The notes beneath the pieces were generated by a model, which was not told where the DNA came from, searched no databases, and saw only the letters and a program-made list of their open reading frames with translations. Below are positions 50,799 through 61,410 of a DNA stretch of 64,000 nt, one piece after another (position 1 is the first letter of the stretch; each line of letters starts with the position of its first letter). A program made the translations under genes and the position numbers. The DNA is from an uncultured Actinomycetota bacterium (lineage in GTDB: Bacteria; Actinomycetota; Actinomycetes; JAFAQI01; DASSKL01). Location of the stretch: positions 404,250 through 468,249 of the forward strand of contig CAVSIP010000003.1 of NCBI GenBank assembly GCA_963728075.1, in the 5' to 3' direction.

Positions 50799-51710
50799 TC
50801 AGCGCGAGCGACCCACGGCCGCCCGCTCCGTCGGCGCGGGGACGGCACCGGCGTCCCGCTCACCCGGCCGTGGAGCAGCCGGTGCACGGCCCTCGCCGAG
50901 GGACGTGACCCCGCGGTGCAGGATCTCCCCGTCCGCGGTGAGGTGGGCCAGCGTGCTCGCGAGCTCGTGGACGACCCGCCGGTTGATGGGCAGGGAGATG
51001 TGGCCCACCCCTCGGACCTGGACGTTGCGCGCCCGCAGGTCGGGGTGGTCCACCCGCGCGTGGTGGCGCGGCAGCATCGCCTGGTCGAGGTCGCTCCAGA
51101 AGGCGACGATGCGCGTGCGGCAGGTCGGTGCAGGCTCGGCCAGCTCGCCCAGCAGCCGGCTGCCCGGCACGATCTGCCGGCACACGCGGCGCGGCACCGT
51201 GCGAGCGGCGTGGGTGCCGCTGTGCGGGGACCCCAGCGTCACCAGGGTGTGCACCCGCGCGTCCCCGCCCAGCCGCTGCACGTAGTAGCGGCCGATGACG
51301 CCGCCCAGCGAGTGGCCCACGAGGTGGATGCGTTCGTACCCCGTCTCGGCGCACAGCCGCTCCACCTGCGCGGCGAGCAGGTGGGCCGCCTCCCGTACGT
51401 CGCGAAGGAAGGGGGAGTAGTTCATCGTCCGGATCTCGCCGAAACCGCGCCGGCGCAGGGAGCGCCGCAGGACGGTGAAGATCGAGCGGTTGTCCGCGAA
51501 GCCGTGCAGCAGCAGGATCGGCGTTCCAGCGGCCTCCGGCGCGCTCACCACCAGGCTGCGCTGCTCGGGGGTCAGCCCGTCGAGCGTGTACCGCTCCAGG
51601 CCGTGACGGCTGCTCTCAGCCGCCACCCCGAACGGGTACATCGCGACGTGCGTGGCGATCCACGCGGTCTCGATCGCCGCCCCCCGCAGTGTCGCGAGCA
51701 CCTGCCGCAT
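50799..51710 (-). CDS. alpha/beta hydrolase, lipase/esterase-like
   Basis: ATG 51710 is preferred (SD AGGAGG 7 nt upstream). LLLHGF.., nucleophile elbow LVGHSLGG, LGSPHSGT. The track start at 51758 is possible. Confidence 0.75.
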   Translation of the reverse strand: MRQVLATLRGAAIETAWIATHVAMYPFGVAAESSRHGLERYTLDGLTPEQRSLVVSAPEAAGTPILLLHGFADNRSIFTVLRRSLRRRGFGEIRTMNYSPFLRDVREAAHLLAAQVERLCAETGYERIHLVGHSLGGVIGRYYVQRLGGDARVHTLVTLGSPHSGTHAARTVPRRVCRQIVPGSRLLGELAEPAPTCRTRIVAFWSDLDQAMLPRHHARVDHPDLRARNVQVRGVGHISLPINRRVVHELASTLAHLTADGEILHRGVTSLGEGRAPAAPRPGERDAGAVPAPTERAAVGRSR

Positions 51711-51779
51711 GGATGCACCTCCTGGTGTGACGACTATCACATCGGCAGGCCTACCCACGGAGGTAAGAACGACGACACG

Positions 51780-53165
51780 TCATAACGATCCGGGCACTCC
51801 GCTGCTCCAGCGGTGCCGCCGTCGAGCCTGCCGCGACGCCGGTTCCTGCCCGGCGAGGGCACGCAGGCGGACGGCCACGTCCCGGCGCAGCGGCTCCACC
51901 GCCCCGGACGCCGGTTCGGCGAACCCCAGCCGGTGCAGGTCCGCGGGCGTGACGGCCATGCGGTCCGCCGCGGTCGCGGCGTCGACACGCAGGGCCGAGC
52001 CGGCGCCCTCCGGGCCGAGCGCCGCGAAGTAGCCGCTCTCCGTGACGAGCACCTCGTCGGCGACCGCTCCGGCGAGCGCACCGCCGGAACCGCCCTCGCC
52101 GTGCACGACGGCCAGCGTCGCGGAGCGGCAGCGCAGCAGCTCCACCATCGCGGCGCCGATCGCCGGAGCGACACCGGCCGCCTCGCTGCGGGCGGTGGGG
52201 TCAGCGCCCGGGGTGTCCACGAGCGTGAGGAGGTCGGCGCCGAGGCGGTCGGCCAGCCGGGTGGCGCGCGTGAACAGCGCGTACCCCGCCGGGGTCGGCC
52301 GTCCGCCGTGCCGAGCGGCGAGTGCCACCCCCACCGTCCGCCGGCCCGCGGCGCTGCGGCCGAGCACGGCACGGACCGACGCGTCGCCGCCGCGCAGCTC
52401 CACCGGGTCGTCGAGCAGCGCGTCGAGCAGCGTGCCGCCGTCGGGACGGTCCTGCTCGCGGGCCGCCCGCACCTGCTCCCACCCGCCTCGCGTCGGGGGC
52501 GCCGCGGCCGGCGGTGGCTCGACGGCCCCGTCGGTGTCCGGTGCCAGCGCCCGCAGCGTCGCCGCGAGCCGCGGCCCGACCTGCTCGCCGGGGACCGCTG
52601 CGTCGACCAGCCCCGCCGCGAGCGCGCCGTCCGCGGTGTGGCTGCCCGCCGGGACGGGTTCGCCGGTCATCGCCTCGACCACGCGTGGCCCGGTGAACCC
52701 CACGGTCGCGCCGGACACGGCGACCCGCAGGTCGGCCAGCGTGCTCATGACCACCCAGATGCCGCCGGTGGTCGGGTGGTCGACCACGGCCACGTGCGGC
52801 ACCTGCGCTGCGGCGAGCTGATCGAGGGCCAGTGCGGCGCGTGGGATGCCGACGAGCGCCGCCACGCCCTCCTGGAGCCGGGTGCCGCCGGTACGGACGA
52901 ACGACACCAGAGGCAGCCGCGCCGTCGCCGCTCGGTCGCACGCCACCGCGAAGGTGGCGGCTTCCGCGGTGCCGAACGTGCCGCCGTACGCCGTGAAGTC
53001 CCAGACGCAGGCGACCACACGGTGGCCGGCCACCGGCCCCTCGCCCCACCGCAGCGCAGGCCGTGGCTCGTACCCCGGCCAGCCCAGGGGGTTGCCGCCG
53101 CCGGCATCGACCGCCGACAGCTGCAGGTCGCGAAGCAGGGCATCCCGCCAGTCCACATCAGGCAC
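51780..53165 (-). CDS. carboxyltransferase-domain protein (fused AccD/AccA-like, AccD3-type)
   Basis: 461 aa. GTG start. Two crotonase-like CT halves (..[13 protein letters not shown].. / ..[13 protein letters not shown]..). Confidence 0.7.
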   Translation of the reverse strand: MPDVDWRDALLRDLQLSAVDAGGGNPLGWPGYEPRPALRWGEGPVAGHRVVACVWDFTAYGGTFGTAEAATFAVACDRAATARLPLVSFVRTGGTRLQEGVAALVGIPRAALALDQLAAAQVPHVAVVDHPTTGGIWVVMSTLADLRVAVSGATVGFTGPRVVEAMTGEPVPAGSHTADGALAAGLVDAAVPGEQVGPRLAATLRALAPDTDGAVEPPPAAAPPTRGGWEQVRAAREQDRPDGGTLLDALLDDPVELRGGDASVRAVLGRSAAGRRTVGVALAARHGGRPTPAGYALFTRATRLADRLGADLLTLVDTPGADPTARSEAAGVAPAIGAAMVELLRCRSATLAVVHGEGGSGGALAGAVADEVLVTESGYFAALGPEGAGSALRVDAATAADRMAVTPADLHRLGFAEPASGAVEPLRRDVAVRLRALAGQEPASRQARRRHRWSSGVPGSL

Positions 53166-53214
53166 GGCCGGTTACTCTCCCATCCGAAGCGTGCTGGTCG
53201 GTGAGGAGGCGGCG

Positions 53215-53643
53215 ATGCCGGCAGGGAACGGAGGGCGCGGCGCCCCGATCCGGATCATCGTCGCGAAGCCCGGCCTCGACGGGCACGACCGGGGCGCGAA
53301 GGTGGTCGCCCGCGCGCTGCGCGACGCGGGCATGGAGGTCATCTACACCGGCCTGCACCAGACCCCGGAGCAGATCGTCGAGGCGGCCGTCCAGGAGGAC
53401 GCGGACGCCGTGGGCCTGTCGGTGCTGTCCGGTGCGCACATGACGCTGTTCCAGCGGGTGATCGACCTGCTCGACGAGCGGGACGCGGCGGACATCCTCG
53501 TGTTCGGCGGCGGCATCATCCCCGACGGCGACATCCCGGCGCTGAAGGAGATGGGCGTCGCCGAGGTCTTCACCCCCGGCACGCCCACCCAGCGGATCGT
53601 GGACTGGGTGCTGGCGCACGTCTCACCGCGGCCGGCCGCCTGA
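53215..53643 (+). CDS. stand-alone cobalamin (B12)-binding domain protein (acyl-CoA mutase small-subunit-like)
   Basis: ATG 53215 after SD GAGGAGG, 142 aa. [33 protein letters not shown] (DxHxxG), then ..GLSVLSGAH.., ..VFGGGIIP. Confidence 0.82.
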   Translation: MPAGNGGRGAPIRIIVAKPGLDGHDRGAKVVARALRDAGMEVIYTGLHQTPEQIVEAAVQEDADAVGLSVLSGAHMTLFQRVIDLLDERDAADILVFGGGIIPDGDIPALKEMGVAEVFTPGTPTQRIVDWVLAHVSPRPAA

Positions 53644-53651
53644 CCGGCGGC

Positions 53652-55571
53652 TCAGCGCCGGACCGGCACGTAGTACGGCTCCACCTTGCGCGGGTCGGCC
53701 ACCGGCAGCATGAGCGCCGAGGCGTGCTGGTCGGTCTGCAGGCGGGCGATCTGGTTGTAGGGCGTGTCGTTGGGGGTGCCGTCGCGGTCGCCGAAGGAGA
53801 CGGTGATGACGTCCGGGACGTTCGTGCTCGCCCCGAGGGAGTACGCGGCGTCCGTGGCCGCCAGCGTCAGCCGGACACGGTGCCCGGTGTCGAACCGGTG
53901 CGCCATCGCCGGCAGTCGCAGCGCGACCCCGGTGCTCTGCGCCCCGACCCGCACGCGCAGCGGGGCGACCGCGCGGCCGACCAGCGTGGCCGAGCCGTCC
54001 GGCGCCACGTCGTAGATCTTGGCGAACACGACGAGGTCGCGCCCGTTCGCATGGCTGAGGTTGAGGTACGCCCACGGGGCACCGACCGACACGACGGGTG
54101 AGGTGAACGCCGTCGAGGTGAACGACGCGTACTCGCCCGGCACGTCGCCGGCCGGGATGCCGCTCATCCCGGGCGGGCACGGGCTCCCCGCCGCCGGGCC
54201 GGTGCAGTCGGCCGTCTCGGAGTACGCCGGCACGCCCGCCCGGGCGAAGGAGAAGCTGCCGGTGCTCGCGGCCAGCCCCGGCGGGGCCAGGAAGCCGGCG
54301 TTGTTCGCGCCGCCGGACAGGTGGAACGTCGCGGTCCGCTGGGCCGGGAAGGCCGGCGCGGTGCCGTACTGCTCGGCGTCCGAGCCCGTGCCGTCGTTGC
54401 GGACCCAGTCGCGGTAGTAGGCGAACCCGGGGCCGGGGTCGACCGCGCGGTGGCGCAGGAAGCGGTCGAACCACGTGAGCGTCCGCTGCGACAGGTAGCC
54501 GTGCTCGAGGTCGCTGTCGGGGCGGGAGTACGCCGCCCCCTCGCCGGGCTGGCCCTGGTAGCCGCCGTGCCCGTCCGACGACCAGATCATCGCGACGGGG
54601 ACGTGCCGCTGGCGCAGCGCCGTGTACGTGGCGACGGCCTCCGACAGGGGGAACAGCGTGTCCGGCTCGCCCTGCACGAGCAGGGTCGGGACCCGCAGCC
54701 GGTCCAGGAACGTCGCACCGGAGGACTCCGCGAGCAGCGTGCGCGTCGCCGGGTCGAGGTCCCCGGTGGCGGCCACCCGGGCGTACGCGGTGCACAGCTC
54801 GGTCGGGAAGCCGGGGCAGGCGACCGCTCCGGGGTCGGCGGCGGCCGCCTTCTCCTGGACGCAGGAGCCGTTGCCCTGCAGCGGCTGGGCGCTACCCGAC
54901 GCCATGAACAGCGAGGTCCACTCCGCCTTGAACACGCCCTCGACCGGCCGCTGCAGGCCGAAGCCGGTGGTGTCGCCGGGTGCGATGTGCGCGTTGGGCA
55001 TCAGGGCGTGCTGCAGCGAGTTCCACGACCAGGAGGGGACGATCGCGCGTACGCGGTGGTCGAGCTCGGCGACCAGGGGCAGCAGGCCGCCGCCGTAGGA
55101 GACGCCGAGCATGCCGACGATCGGGCCGCGTGCGTCGCGGCGCACCTGCGGCATCGGCGCGAGGACCTGGGTGATGAGCGCGCTCGCGTCGCGGACGTCG
55201 TAGGCCACGTTGTCCAGCCGGATGCAGCCGCTGGAGCCGCCGAAGCCCTGCGCGGTGTAGGTCAGCACGACGTACCCGTGCCGGGCGAGGAACGCGGCGT
55301 ACGCGCGGATCGAGGCGTCGTCCTTCGACCCGCCGAAGCCATTGGTCATCAGCACCGCCGGTTGCGGGTGGTCGGCGGTGGCCGCGTGCGGCAGGTACAG
55401 GCGGGTGTCGAGGGCGACCCGGTGGTCGTTCGCCGGGCCGTCGTGGACCGTCACGATCGCGTTCCGCTCCGTGAACGGCGCGGGCTCTGCGGCGTGCGCG
55501 GCCACGCCTGCGGCGGTCGTCACCGCGAGCGCGGCACCGACGCCGAAGCGGACCAACCGGGAGCGCAGCAC
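53652..55571 (-). CDS. secreted CocE/NonD-family (S15 X-Pro dipeptidyl-peptidase-like) hydrolase
   Basis: 639 aa. Signal peptide ..AAGVAAHA/AEP, serine elbow GVSYGGG, large C-terminal beta domain. Confidence 0.72.
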   Translation of the reverse strand: MLRSRLVRFGVGAALAVTTAAGVAAHAAEPAPFTERNAIVTVHDGPANDHRVALDTRLYLPHAATADHPQPAVLMTNGFGGSKDDASIRAYAAFLARHGYVVLTYTAQGFGGSSGCIRLDNVAYDVRDASALITQVLAPMPQVRRDARGPIVGMLGVSYGGGLLPLVAELDHRVRAIVPSWSWNSLQHALMPNAHIAPGDTTGFGLQRPVEGVFKAEWTSLFMASGSAQPLQGNGSCVQEKAAAADPGAVACPGFPTELCTAYARVAATGDLDPATRTLLAESSGATFLDRLRVPTLLVQGEPDTLFPLSEAVATYTALRQRHVPVAMIWSSDGHGGYQGQPGEGAAYSRPDSDLEHGYLSQRTLTWFDRFLRHRAVDPGPGFAYYRDWVRNDGTGSDAEQYGTAPAFPAQRTATFHLSGGANNAGFLAPPGLAASTGSFSFARAGVPAYSETADCTGPAAGSPCPPGMSGIPAGDVPGEYASFTSTAFTSPVVSVGAPWAYLNLSHANGRDLVVFAKIYDVAPDGSATLVGRAVAPLRVRVGAQSTGVALRLPAMAHRFDTGHRVRLTLAATDAAYSLGASTNVPDVITVSFGDRDGTPNDTPYNQIARLQTDQHASALMLPVADPRKVEPYYVPVRR

Positions 55572-55675
55572 GAGCCTGTCCTCCTGCCTCGTGGGTGTCT
55601 GTGACGAGTCTCACTCGTACAACGGGGCAACCCGCCTGCGGGTGACGGGTGCGGGGCTGGGTAGCGTCGCACCAC

Positions 55676-56854
55676 GTGGACCTCTTCGAGTACCAGGCGA
55701 AGGAGCTCTTCGCCGCACACGGTGTCCCGGTCACCCGCCAGCAGGTCGCGGAGACCCCCGAACAGGCGCGCGCCGCGGCCGAGGCCATCGGCGGCCAGGT
55801 GGTCGTCAAGGCGCAGGTCAAGACCGGCGGCCGCGGCAAGGCAGGCGGGGTGAAGCTGGCGGACGACCCGGACGACGCGCAGGCCAAGGCCGCGAACATC
55901 CTCGGCATGGACATCAAGGGCCATCAGGTCCACACGGTGCTCGTCACCGAGGCCAGCGACATCGCCGAGGAGTACTACTTCTCGTTCCTCGTCGACCGGG
56001 CCAACCGGACGTACCTCGCCATGTGCTCGGCGGAGGGCGGCGTCGAGATCGAACAGCTCGCCGTCGAGCGGCCCGAGGCGCTGGCACGCGTCCCGATCGA
56101 CCCCGTGGCGGGCGTCGACGAGGCGACCGCACGCACGATCGCCGAGCAGGGCAACCTCCCCGAGGCGGTCCGCGAGCAGTCGGTCGACCTCATCCGCAAG
56201 CTCTGGGACGTCTTCACCGGCGAGGAGGCGACGCTGGTCGAGGTGAACCCCCTGGTCCGCACGCCGGACGACCGGGTGCTCGCCCTCGACGGCAAGGTGA
56301 CCCTCGACGACAACGCCGACTTCCGGCACACCGACGTCCACGACCGTTACCGCGACATCAGCGCGACCGACCCGCTGGAGGTGCGGGCCAAGGAGCGCGG
56401 GCTGAACTACGTCAAGCTCGACGGGCAGGTCGGCATCATCGGCAACGGCGCCGGCCTGGTCATGTCGACGCTGGACGTGGTGGCGTACGCCGGTGAGGCG
56501 CTCGGCGGCGTACGCCCGGCGAACTTCCTCGACATCGGCGGCGGCGCGTCGGCGGAGATCATGGCGAACGGGCTGGAGATCATCCTGTCCGATCCCAGCG
56601 TGAAGAGTGTGTTCGTCAACGTCTTCGGCGGCATCACCTCCTGCGACGCGGTCGCCAACGGCATCGTCTCCGCGCTGGAGATGCTCGAGTCGCGCGGCGA
56701 GGAGCTGGACAAGCCGCTGGTCGTCCGCCTGGACGGCAACAACGCCGCCGAGGGTCGCCGGATCCTCACCGAGGCGGGCCACCGGCTGGTGGAGCAGAAC
56801 GAGACCATGGACGGGGCGGCGCGACGCGCGGCCGAGCTGGCACAGGGGAGCTGA
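55676..56854 (+). CDS. sucC: succinate--CoA ligase (ADP-forming) beta subunit
   Basis: GTG 55676 gives [19 protein letters not shown]... ATP-grasp domain. The track's 9-codon extension was dropped. Confidence 0.93.
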   Translation: MDLFEYQAKELFAAHGVPVTRQQVAETPEQARAAAEAIGGQVVVKAQVKTGGRGKAGGVKLADDPDDAQAKAANILGMDIKGHQVHTVLVTEASDIAEEYYFSFLVDRANRTYLAMCSAEGGVEIEQLAVERPEALARVPIDPVAGVDEATARTIAEQGNLPEAVREQSVDLIRKLWDVFTGEEATLVEVNPLVRTPDDRVLALDGKVTLDDNADFRHTDVHDRYRDISATDPLEVRAKERGLNYVKLDGQVGIIGNGAGLVMSTLDVVAYAGEALGGVRPANFLDIGGGASAEIMANGLEIILSDPSVKSVFVNVFGGITSCDAVANGIVSALEMLESRGEELDKPLVVRLDGNNAAEGRRILTEAGHRLVEQNETMDGAARRAAELAQGS

Positions 56855-56860
56855 CGCGAC

Positions 56861-57733
56861 GTGGCCATCTGGCTGACCGAGAACAGCAAGGTCATCGTGC
56901 AGGGCATCACCGGGGGCGAGGGCACCCGGCACACCCGCCGCATGGTGGCTGCGGGCACCAACGTCGTCGGCGGCACCAACCCGCGCAAGGCGGGCACCGA
57001 CGTGGACGGCATCCCGGTGTTCGCCACCGTGGGCGAGGCCATGGAGAAGACCGGCGCGGACGTGACCGTGGTCTTCGTCCCGCCGGCCGGCACCAAGGCC
57101 GCGGTCGTCGAGGCGGTCGACGCGGGCATCCCGCTCGCCGTCGTCATCACCGAGGGCGTTCCCGTGCAGGACACCGCGTACTTCTTCGCCTACTCCCAGC
57201 AGCACCGCGGCCGTACGCGGATCATCGGCCCGAACTGCCCCGGCATCGCCTCGCCCGGCAAGTCCAACGCGGGCATCATCCCGGCCGACATCACCAAGCC
57301 CGGTCGGGTCGGGCTGGTGAGCAAGAGCGGCACGCTGACCTACCAGCTCATGTACGAGCTGCGCGACGTCGGGTTCTCGACGTGCGTGGGCATCGGCGGC
57401 GACCCGATCATCGGGACCACGCACATCGACGCGCTGGCGGCCTTCCAGGAGGACCCGGAGACCGACGCGATCGTCATGATCGGTGAGATCGGTGGCGACG
57501 CGGAGGAGCGTGCGGCGACGTTCATCGCCGAGAACGTCACCAAGCCCGTGGTCGGCTACATCGCGGGGTTCACCGCGCCCGAGGGCAAGACGATGGGGCA
57601 CGCCGGTGCCATCGTCTCCGGCGCGTCCGGCACCGCCGCCGCCAAGCAGGAGGCGCTGGAGGCCGTCGGCGTACGGGTCGGCAAGACCCCCTCGGAGACC
57701 GCCCGCCTCATGGCGGAGGTCATGTCCCGCTAG
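56861..57733 (+). CDS. sucD: succinate--CoA ligase alpha subunit
   Basis: 290 aa. [10 protein letters not shown], phosphohistidine loop GHAGAI. Confidence 0.95.
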   Translation: MAIWLTENSKVIVQGITGGEGTRHTRRMVAAGTNVVGGTNPRKAGTDVDGIPVFATVGEAMEKTGADVTVVFVPPAGTKAAVVEAVDAGIPLAVVITEGVPVQDTAYFFAYSQQHRGRTRIIGPNCPGIASPGKSNAGIIPADITKPGRVGLVSKSGTLTYQLMYELRDVGFSTCVGIGGDPIIGTTHIDALAAFQEDPETDAIVMIGEIGGDAEERAATFIAENVTKPVVGYIAGFTAPEGKTMGHAGAIVSGASGTAAAKQEALEAVGVRVGKTPSETARLMAEVMSR

Positions 57734-57944
57734 GGCGGGTGCCGTCGCCAAGTTGACGCTTCTCGCCGTACGACGCTCCGGCCCATCGCGCAGATCACAC
57801 TGGCGACGCGCCGGGCGAAATGGGTCCGTACGCGCCGGTTCGATCTGTCTCGCCGGGGGAGACAGCTCAAACTGGCGGCGGCGGCACCCCCCGGCCCGGC
57901 GTGGCAGCACGGGAAACCGCCGGTGGGCTTGCGACTCTCGGAGG

Positions 57945-59093
57945 GTGACCGATGTCGCCGTCCGCGCAGCCGCCCCGTCGCGGTCGCTGCTGCTGACGTC
58001 GACGCTCGCCGCGTTGTGGGCGGCCGGGCTCGGGCTCGCCGCCGCGGTCGTGGTCGTGGTGGCCGCCTGGGCCGCCGACCCGCACTCGGGGGCCCCGGCC
58101 GCCGAGGCCGTACGGGTCGGCGCGGCGCTGTGGCTGCTCGCCCATCACGGGGGCCTGCAGGTCTCCGGTGGCTGGCTCGGACTGGTCCCGCTGGGGCTGA
58201 TGGCTCTCCCCGCCGGCCTGCTGGTCCGGGCCGGGCGAGCGGTCGCGCGCTCCGGCGTCAGCGGGCTCGGCGACGCCGCCCTCGCGGCCGGCTCGGTCGC
58301 GGCGCCGTACGCCTGCCTCGCCACCGCGGTGGCGGCGCTGGCCGCCCGCCCGGGCCTCGACCCCTCGCCCGGTCAGGCGCTGGCCGGTGCGGCGACGCTG
58401 GCGTTCCTCGCGGCAGGGGTCGGCGTGCTGCGCGAGGCGGGGCAGCTGCAGTCGCTGTGGCGGCGCCTGCCCGACCTCGTCCGGCGCCCACTCTCGGCCG
58501 GGGCGGCCGCGGTCGGCGCGCTCGTCGCTGCCGGCCTCGTCCTGCTCGTCGTCTCCGTCTTCCTGCACGTCGACGCCGTGGCCGCAGCACAGCGCGAGCT
58601 GCACCCGGGCGTCGCCGGTGGGGTGGTGCTGGCCCTGCTGCAGACCGTGCTCGTGCCGAACGCCGCGGTCGCGGCGGCGTCGTACGCTACCGGGCCCGGC
58701 TTCGCGCTCGGCGCGGGTACGACCGTGGCGCCGTTCACCGCGCACTCCGGTACGGTGCCCGCCCTGCCGCTGCTGGCCGCGCTGCCGCACGACCCGGTGG
58801 GCGGCCTGGTGCTCGCGGTGCCGCTGGCCTGCGGGGTGCTGGCCGGGGTGCTGCTCGTGCGCGCACGTACGGTCGCGGTGCGCCGGGCCGCCCTCGACGG
58901 CCTCGGCGCGGGGGCCTGCGCGGGCGCCCTGTTCGCTGCGCTCACGGCGCTGGCGGGCGGCCCCGTCGGTGCCCTGGCGGCCGTCGGCTCCTCGCCGTGG
59001 CAGGCCGGCCTGGCCCTGGCCGGCGAGGTCGCTGCCGGCGCCACGGCGGCCGCGACGCTGTGCGCCTGGCGCGGGTGGCTGACCGGCGGCTGA
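57945..59093 (+). CDS. polytopic membrane protein, DUF6350 / PerM-like (Rv0955-like by synteny)
   Basis: GTG 57945. 382 aa with about 10 Ala/Leu/Gly-rich TM segments. Located between sucD and purN, as perM is in mycobacteria. Confidence 0.6.
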   Translation: MTDVAVRAAAPSRSLLLTSTLAALWAAGLGLAAAVVVVVAAWAADPHSGAPAAEAVRVGAALWLLAHHGGLQVSGGWLGLVPLGLMALPAGLLVRAGRAVARSGVSGLGDAALAAGSVAAPYACLATAVAALAARPGLDPSPGQALAGAATLAFLAAGVGVLREAGQLQSLWRRLPDLVRRPLSAGAAAVGALVAAGLVLLVVSVFLHVDAVAAAQRELHPGVAGGVVLALLQTVLVPNAAVAAASYATGPGFALGAGTTVAPFTAHSGTVPALPLLAALPHDPVGGLVLAVPLACGVLAGVLLVRARTVAVRRAALDGLGAGACAGALFAALTALAGGPVGALAAVGSSPWQAGLALAGEVAAGATAAATLCAWRGWLTGG

Positions 59094-59113
59094 CCCTCGC
59101 TAGGGTTCCGCAC

Positions 59114-59719
59114 GTGTCCGCGCGGCTGGTCGTCCTCGTCTCCGGCTCCGGCACCAACCTGCAGGCCCTCCTCGACGCGTGCGCCGACCCGGGGTACGGG
59201 GCGCAGGTCGTCGCGGTCGGTGCCGACCGGCACGGGATCGAGGGGCTCGCGCGCGCCGAACGGGTGGGCGTGCCGACGTTCGTCCTGCGGGTGCCGGACT
59301 TCCCGGACCGCCCCGCATGGGACGCCGCGATCACCGACGCGGTCGCCGGGTACGAACCCGACCTGGTCGTCTCGGCGGGGTTCATGAAGCTCGTCGGCCC
59401 CGCCTTCCTCGCCCGGTTCCGCGGCCGGTTCGTCAACACCCACCCGGCGCTGCTGCCGTCGTTCCCCGGCATGCACGGCGCGAGCGACGCCCTGGAGTAC
59501 GGCGTCAAGGTGGCGGGGGCGACGCTGTTCCTCGTGGACGAGGGCGTCGACACCGGCCCGATCGTGGCGCAGCGCTGTGTCGACGTGCGTGACGACGACG
59601 ACGAGGCGTCGCTGCACGAACGGATCAAGGGCGTGGAGCGGGAGATGCTCGTCAGCGCCGTCGGCAGGATGGTCCGGGAGGGCTGGACCGTACGTGGAAG
59701 GAAGGTCTCGATCCCATGA
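59114..59719 (+). CDS. purN: phosphoribosylglycinamide formyltransferase
   Basis: GTG 59114. [16 protein letters not shown].., [12 protein letters not shown].., [12 protein letters not shown]. Confidence 0.92.
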   Translation: MSARLVVLVSGSGTNLQALLDACADPGYGAQVVAVGADRHGIEGLARAERVGVPTFVLRVPDFPDRPAWDAAITDAVAGYEPDLVVSAGFMKLVGPAFLARFRGRFVNTHPALLPSFPGMHGASDALEYGVKVAGATLFLVDEGVDTGPIVAQRCVDVRDDDDEASLHERIKGVEREMLVSAVGRMVREGWTVRGRKVSIP

Positions 59720-61281
59720 GCAAGCGACCCATCCGCCGGGCGCTCGTCAGCGTGTACGACAAGACCGGGCTGGAGGGGCTGGGCCGGGTGCTCGCCGAGC
59801 ACGGCGTCCAGGTCGTCTCCACCGGCTCCACCGCTGCCCGGCTGCGGGACGCCGGGGTCGGCGTCACCCCGGTCGAGGAGCTCACCGGCTTCCCGGAGTG
59901 CCTCGAGGGCCGGGTGAAGACCCTGCACCCGAAGGTGCACGCGGGCATCCTCGCCGACCTGCGCAAGCCCGACCACGAGCGGCAGCTGGCCGACCTCGGG
60001 GTCGAGCCGTTCGACCTCGTCGTCGTGAACCTCTACCCGTTCCGCGAGACCGTGGCCTCCGGGGCGGCGCCGGACGAGGTCGTCGAGCAGATCGACATCG
60101 GCGGGCCCTCGATGGTCCGGGCCGCGGCGAAGAACCACCCGTCCGTCGCGGTCGTCGTCTCCCCGGACCGGTACGGCGAGGTGGCCGACGCCGTCCGCTC
60201 CGGCGGGTTCAGCCTGGAGCAGCGCACCCGGCTGGCGGCCGAGGCGTTCGCGCACACCGCTGCGTACGACGTCGCGGTCGCCTCCTGGTTCGCGAGCGTG
60301 CAGTCCCCCGACGCGGTGGCCGCCGAGTCCGGCTTCCCGGACTTCCTCGGCGGGACGTGGTCGCGCTCGGCCGTGCTGCGCTACGGCGAGAACCCGCACC
60401 AGCGGGCCGCCCTGTTCGTCTCCCAGGACGGGCCGGCCGGGCTCGCGCAGGCACAGCAGCTGCACGGCAAGGAGATGTCGTACAACAACTACGTCGACAC
60501 CGACGCGGCCCGGCGGGCGGCGTACGACTTCGGCGACCCCTGCGTGGCGGTCGTCAAGCACGCCAACCCCTGCGGGATCGCGGTCGGCGCCGACGTCGCG
60601 GAGGCGCACCGCAAGGCGCACGCCTGCGACCCGGTGTCCGCGTTCGGAGGCGTCATCGCGACCAACCGGCCGGTGTCGGTCGCCATGGCCGAGCAGGTCG
60701 CGGAGATCTTCACCGAGGTGGTCTGCGCGCCGGCGTTCGACGACGGTGCGGTGGAGATCCTCGCGCGCAAGCCGTCGATCCGGCTGCTGCTGTGCCCCCC
60801 GCCCGCGTCCCGCGCGGGCCTGGAGATGCGGCAGGTCAGCGGTGGCCTGCTCCTGCAGAGCATCGACACCGTCGACGACCCCGGCGACGACCCGGCGGGC
60901 TGGTCGCTGCAGGCCGGCGACCCCGCCGACGCGGCGACGCTGGCCGACCTCGGGTTCGCCTGGCGGGCCTGCCGGTCGGTGAAGTCCAACGCGATCCTGC
61001 TCGCGGCCGACGGTGCGACCGTCGGGGTCGGCATGGGCCAGGTGAACCGCGTGGACGCGGCTCGACTCGCGGTGGCCCGCGCCGGGGACCGCGCGACCGG
61101 GGCGGTCGCGGCGAGTGACGCCTTCTTCCCGTTCCCGGACGGGTTCGAGGTGCTCGCCGAGGCCGGCGTCCGCGCGGTCGTCGAGCCCGGCGGCTCCGTA
61201 CGCGACGAGCTCGTCGTCGAGGCCGCCATGAAGGCCGGTGTCGCGCTGTACTTCACCGGCACGCGGCACTTCTTCCACTGA
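59716..61281 (+). CDS. purH: bifunctional AICAR transformylase / IMP cyclohydrolase
   Basis: 521 aa. ATGA overlap with pur[13 protein letters not shown].., ..KHANPCG.., C-terminal TGTRHFFH. Confidence 0.95.
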   Translation: MSKRPIRRALVSVYDKTGLEGLGRVLAEHGVQVVSTGSTAARLRDAGVGVTPVEELTGFPECLEGRVKTLHPKVHAGILADLRKPDHERQLADLGVEPFDLVVVNLYPFRETVASGAAPDEVVEQIDIGGPSMVRAAAKNHPSVAVVVSPDRYGEVADAVRSGGFSLEQRTRLAAEAFAHTAAYDVAVASWFASVQSPDAVAAESGFPDFLGGTWSRSAVLRYGENPHQRAALFVSQDGPAGLAQAQQLHGKEMSYNNYVDTDAARRAAYDFGDPCVAVVKHANPCGIAVGADVAEAHRKAHACDPVSAFGGVIATNRPVSVAMAEQVAEIFTEVVCAPAFDDGAVEILARKPSIRLLLCPPPASRAGLEMRQVSGGLLLQSIDTVDDPGDDPAGWSLQAGDPADAATLADLGFAWRACRSVKSNAILLAADGATVGVGMGQVNRVDAARLAVARAGDRATGAVAASDAFFPFPDGFEVLAEAGVRAVVEPGGSVRDELVVEAAMKAGVALYFTGTRHFFH

Positions 61282-61290
61282 CACCAGCGC

Positions 61291-61386
61291 CCGCGCCTTC
61301 GTGCGCCCCACGACCGTCTTCATGCGGCCAGACGGGGCTGATGGAGATCGTTTGACCCCAGTACGTCGCACGAAGGCGCAGGGCGG
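61291..61386 (+). repeat. copy B of the palindromic intergenic element (core; similarity may extend to about 61283..61405)
   Basis: 12-bp inverted repeat cgccttcgtgcg (61294-61305) / cgcacgaaggcg (61367-61378). Alignable to 7597..7692. By hand count, the left block is 33/38 identical and the right block 30/38. Confidence 0.7.
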
Positions 61387-61410
61387 GGGCGGCGTGGGAG
61401 ACTCGGCCGC

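Noticed and set aside
61282-61410. ZTP (pfl) or THF riboswitch upstream of folD
   Set aside because: folD and purH are classic ZTP-riboswitch contexts. However, I could not find the conserved ZTP core strings (GGGUCG.., GACUGGCG, 3' CCGCCUGGGC) or THF-like motifs on either strand. The structure present is the repeat element, which also occurs next to rplM. A cmscan would be needed to be definitive.
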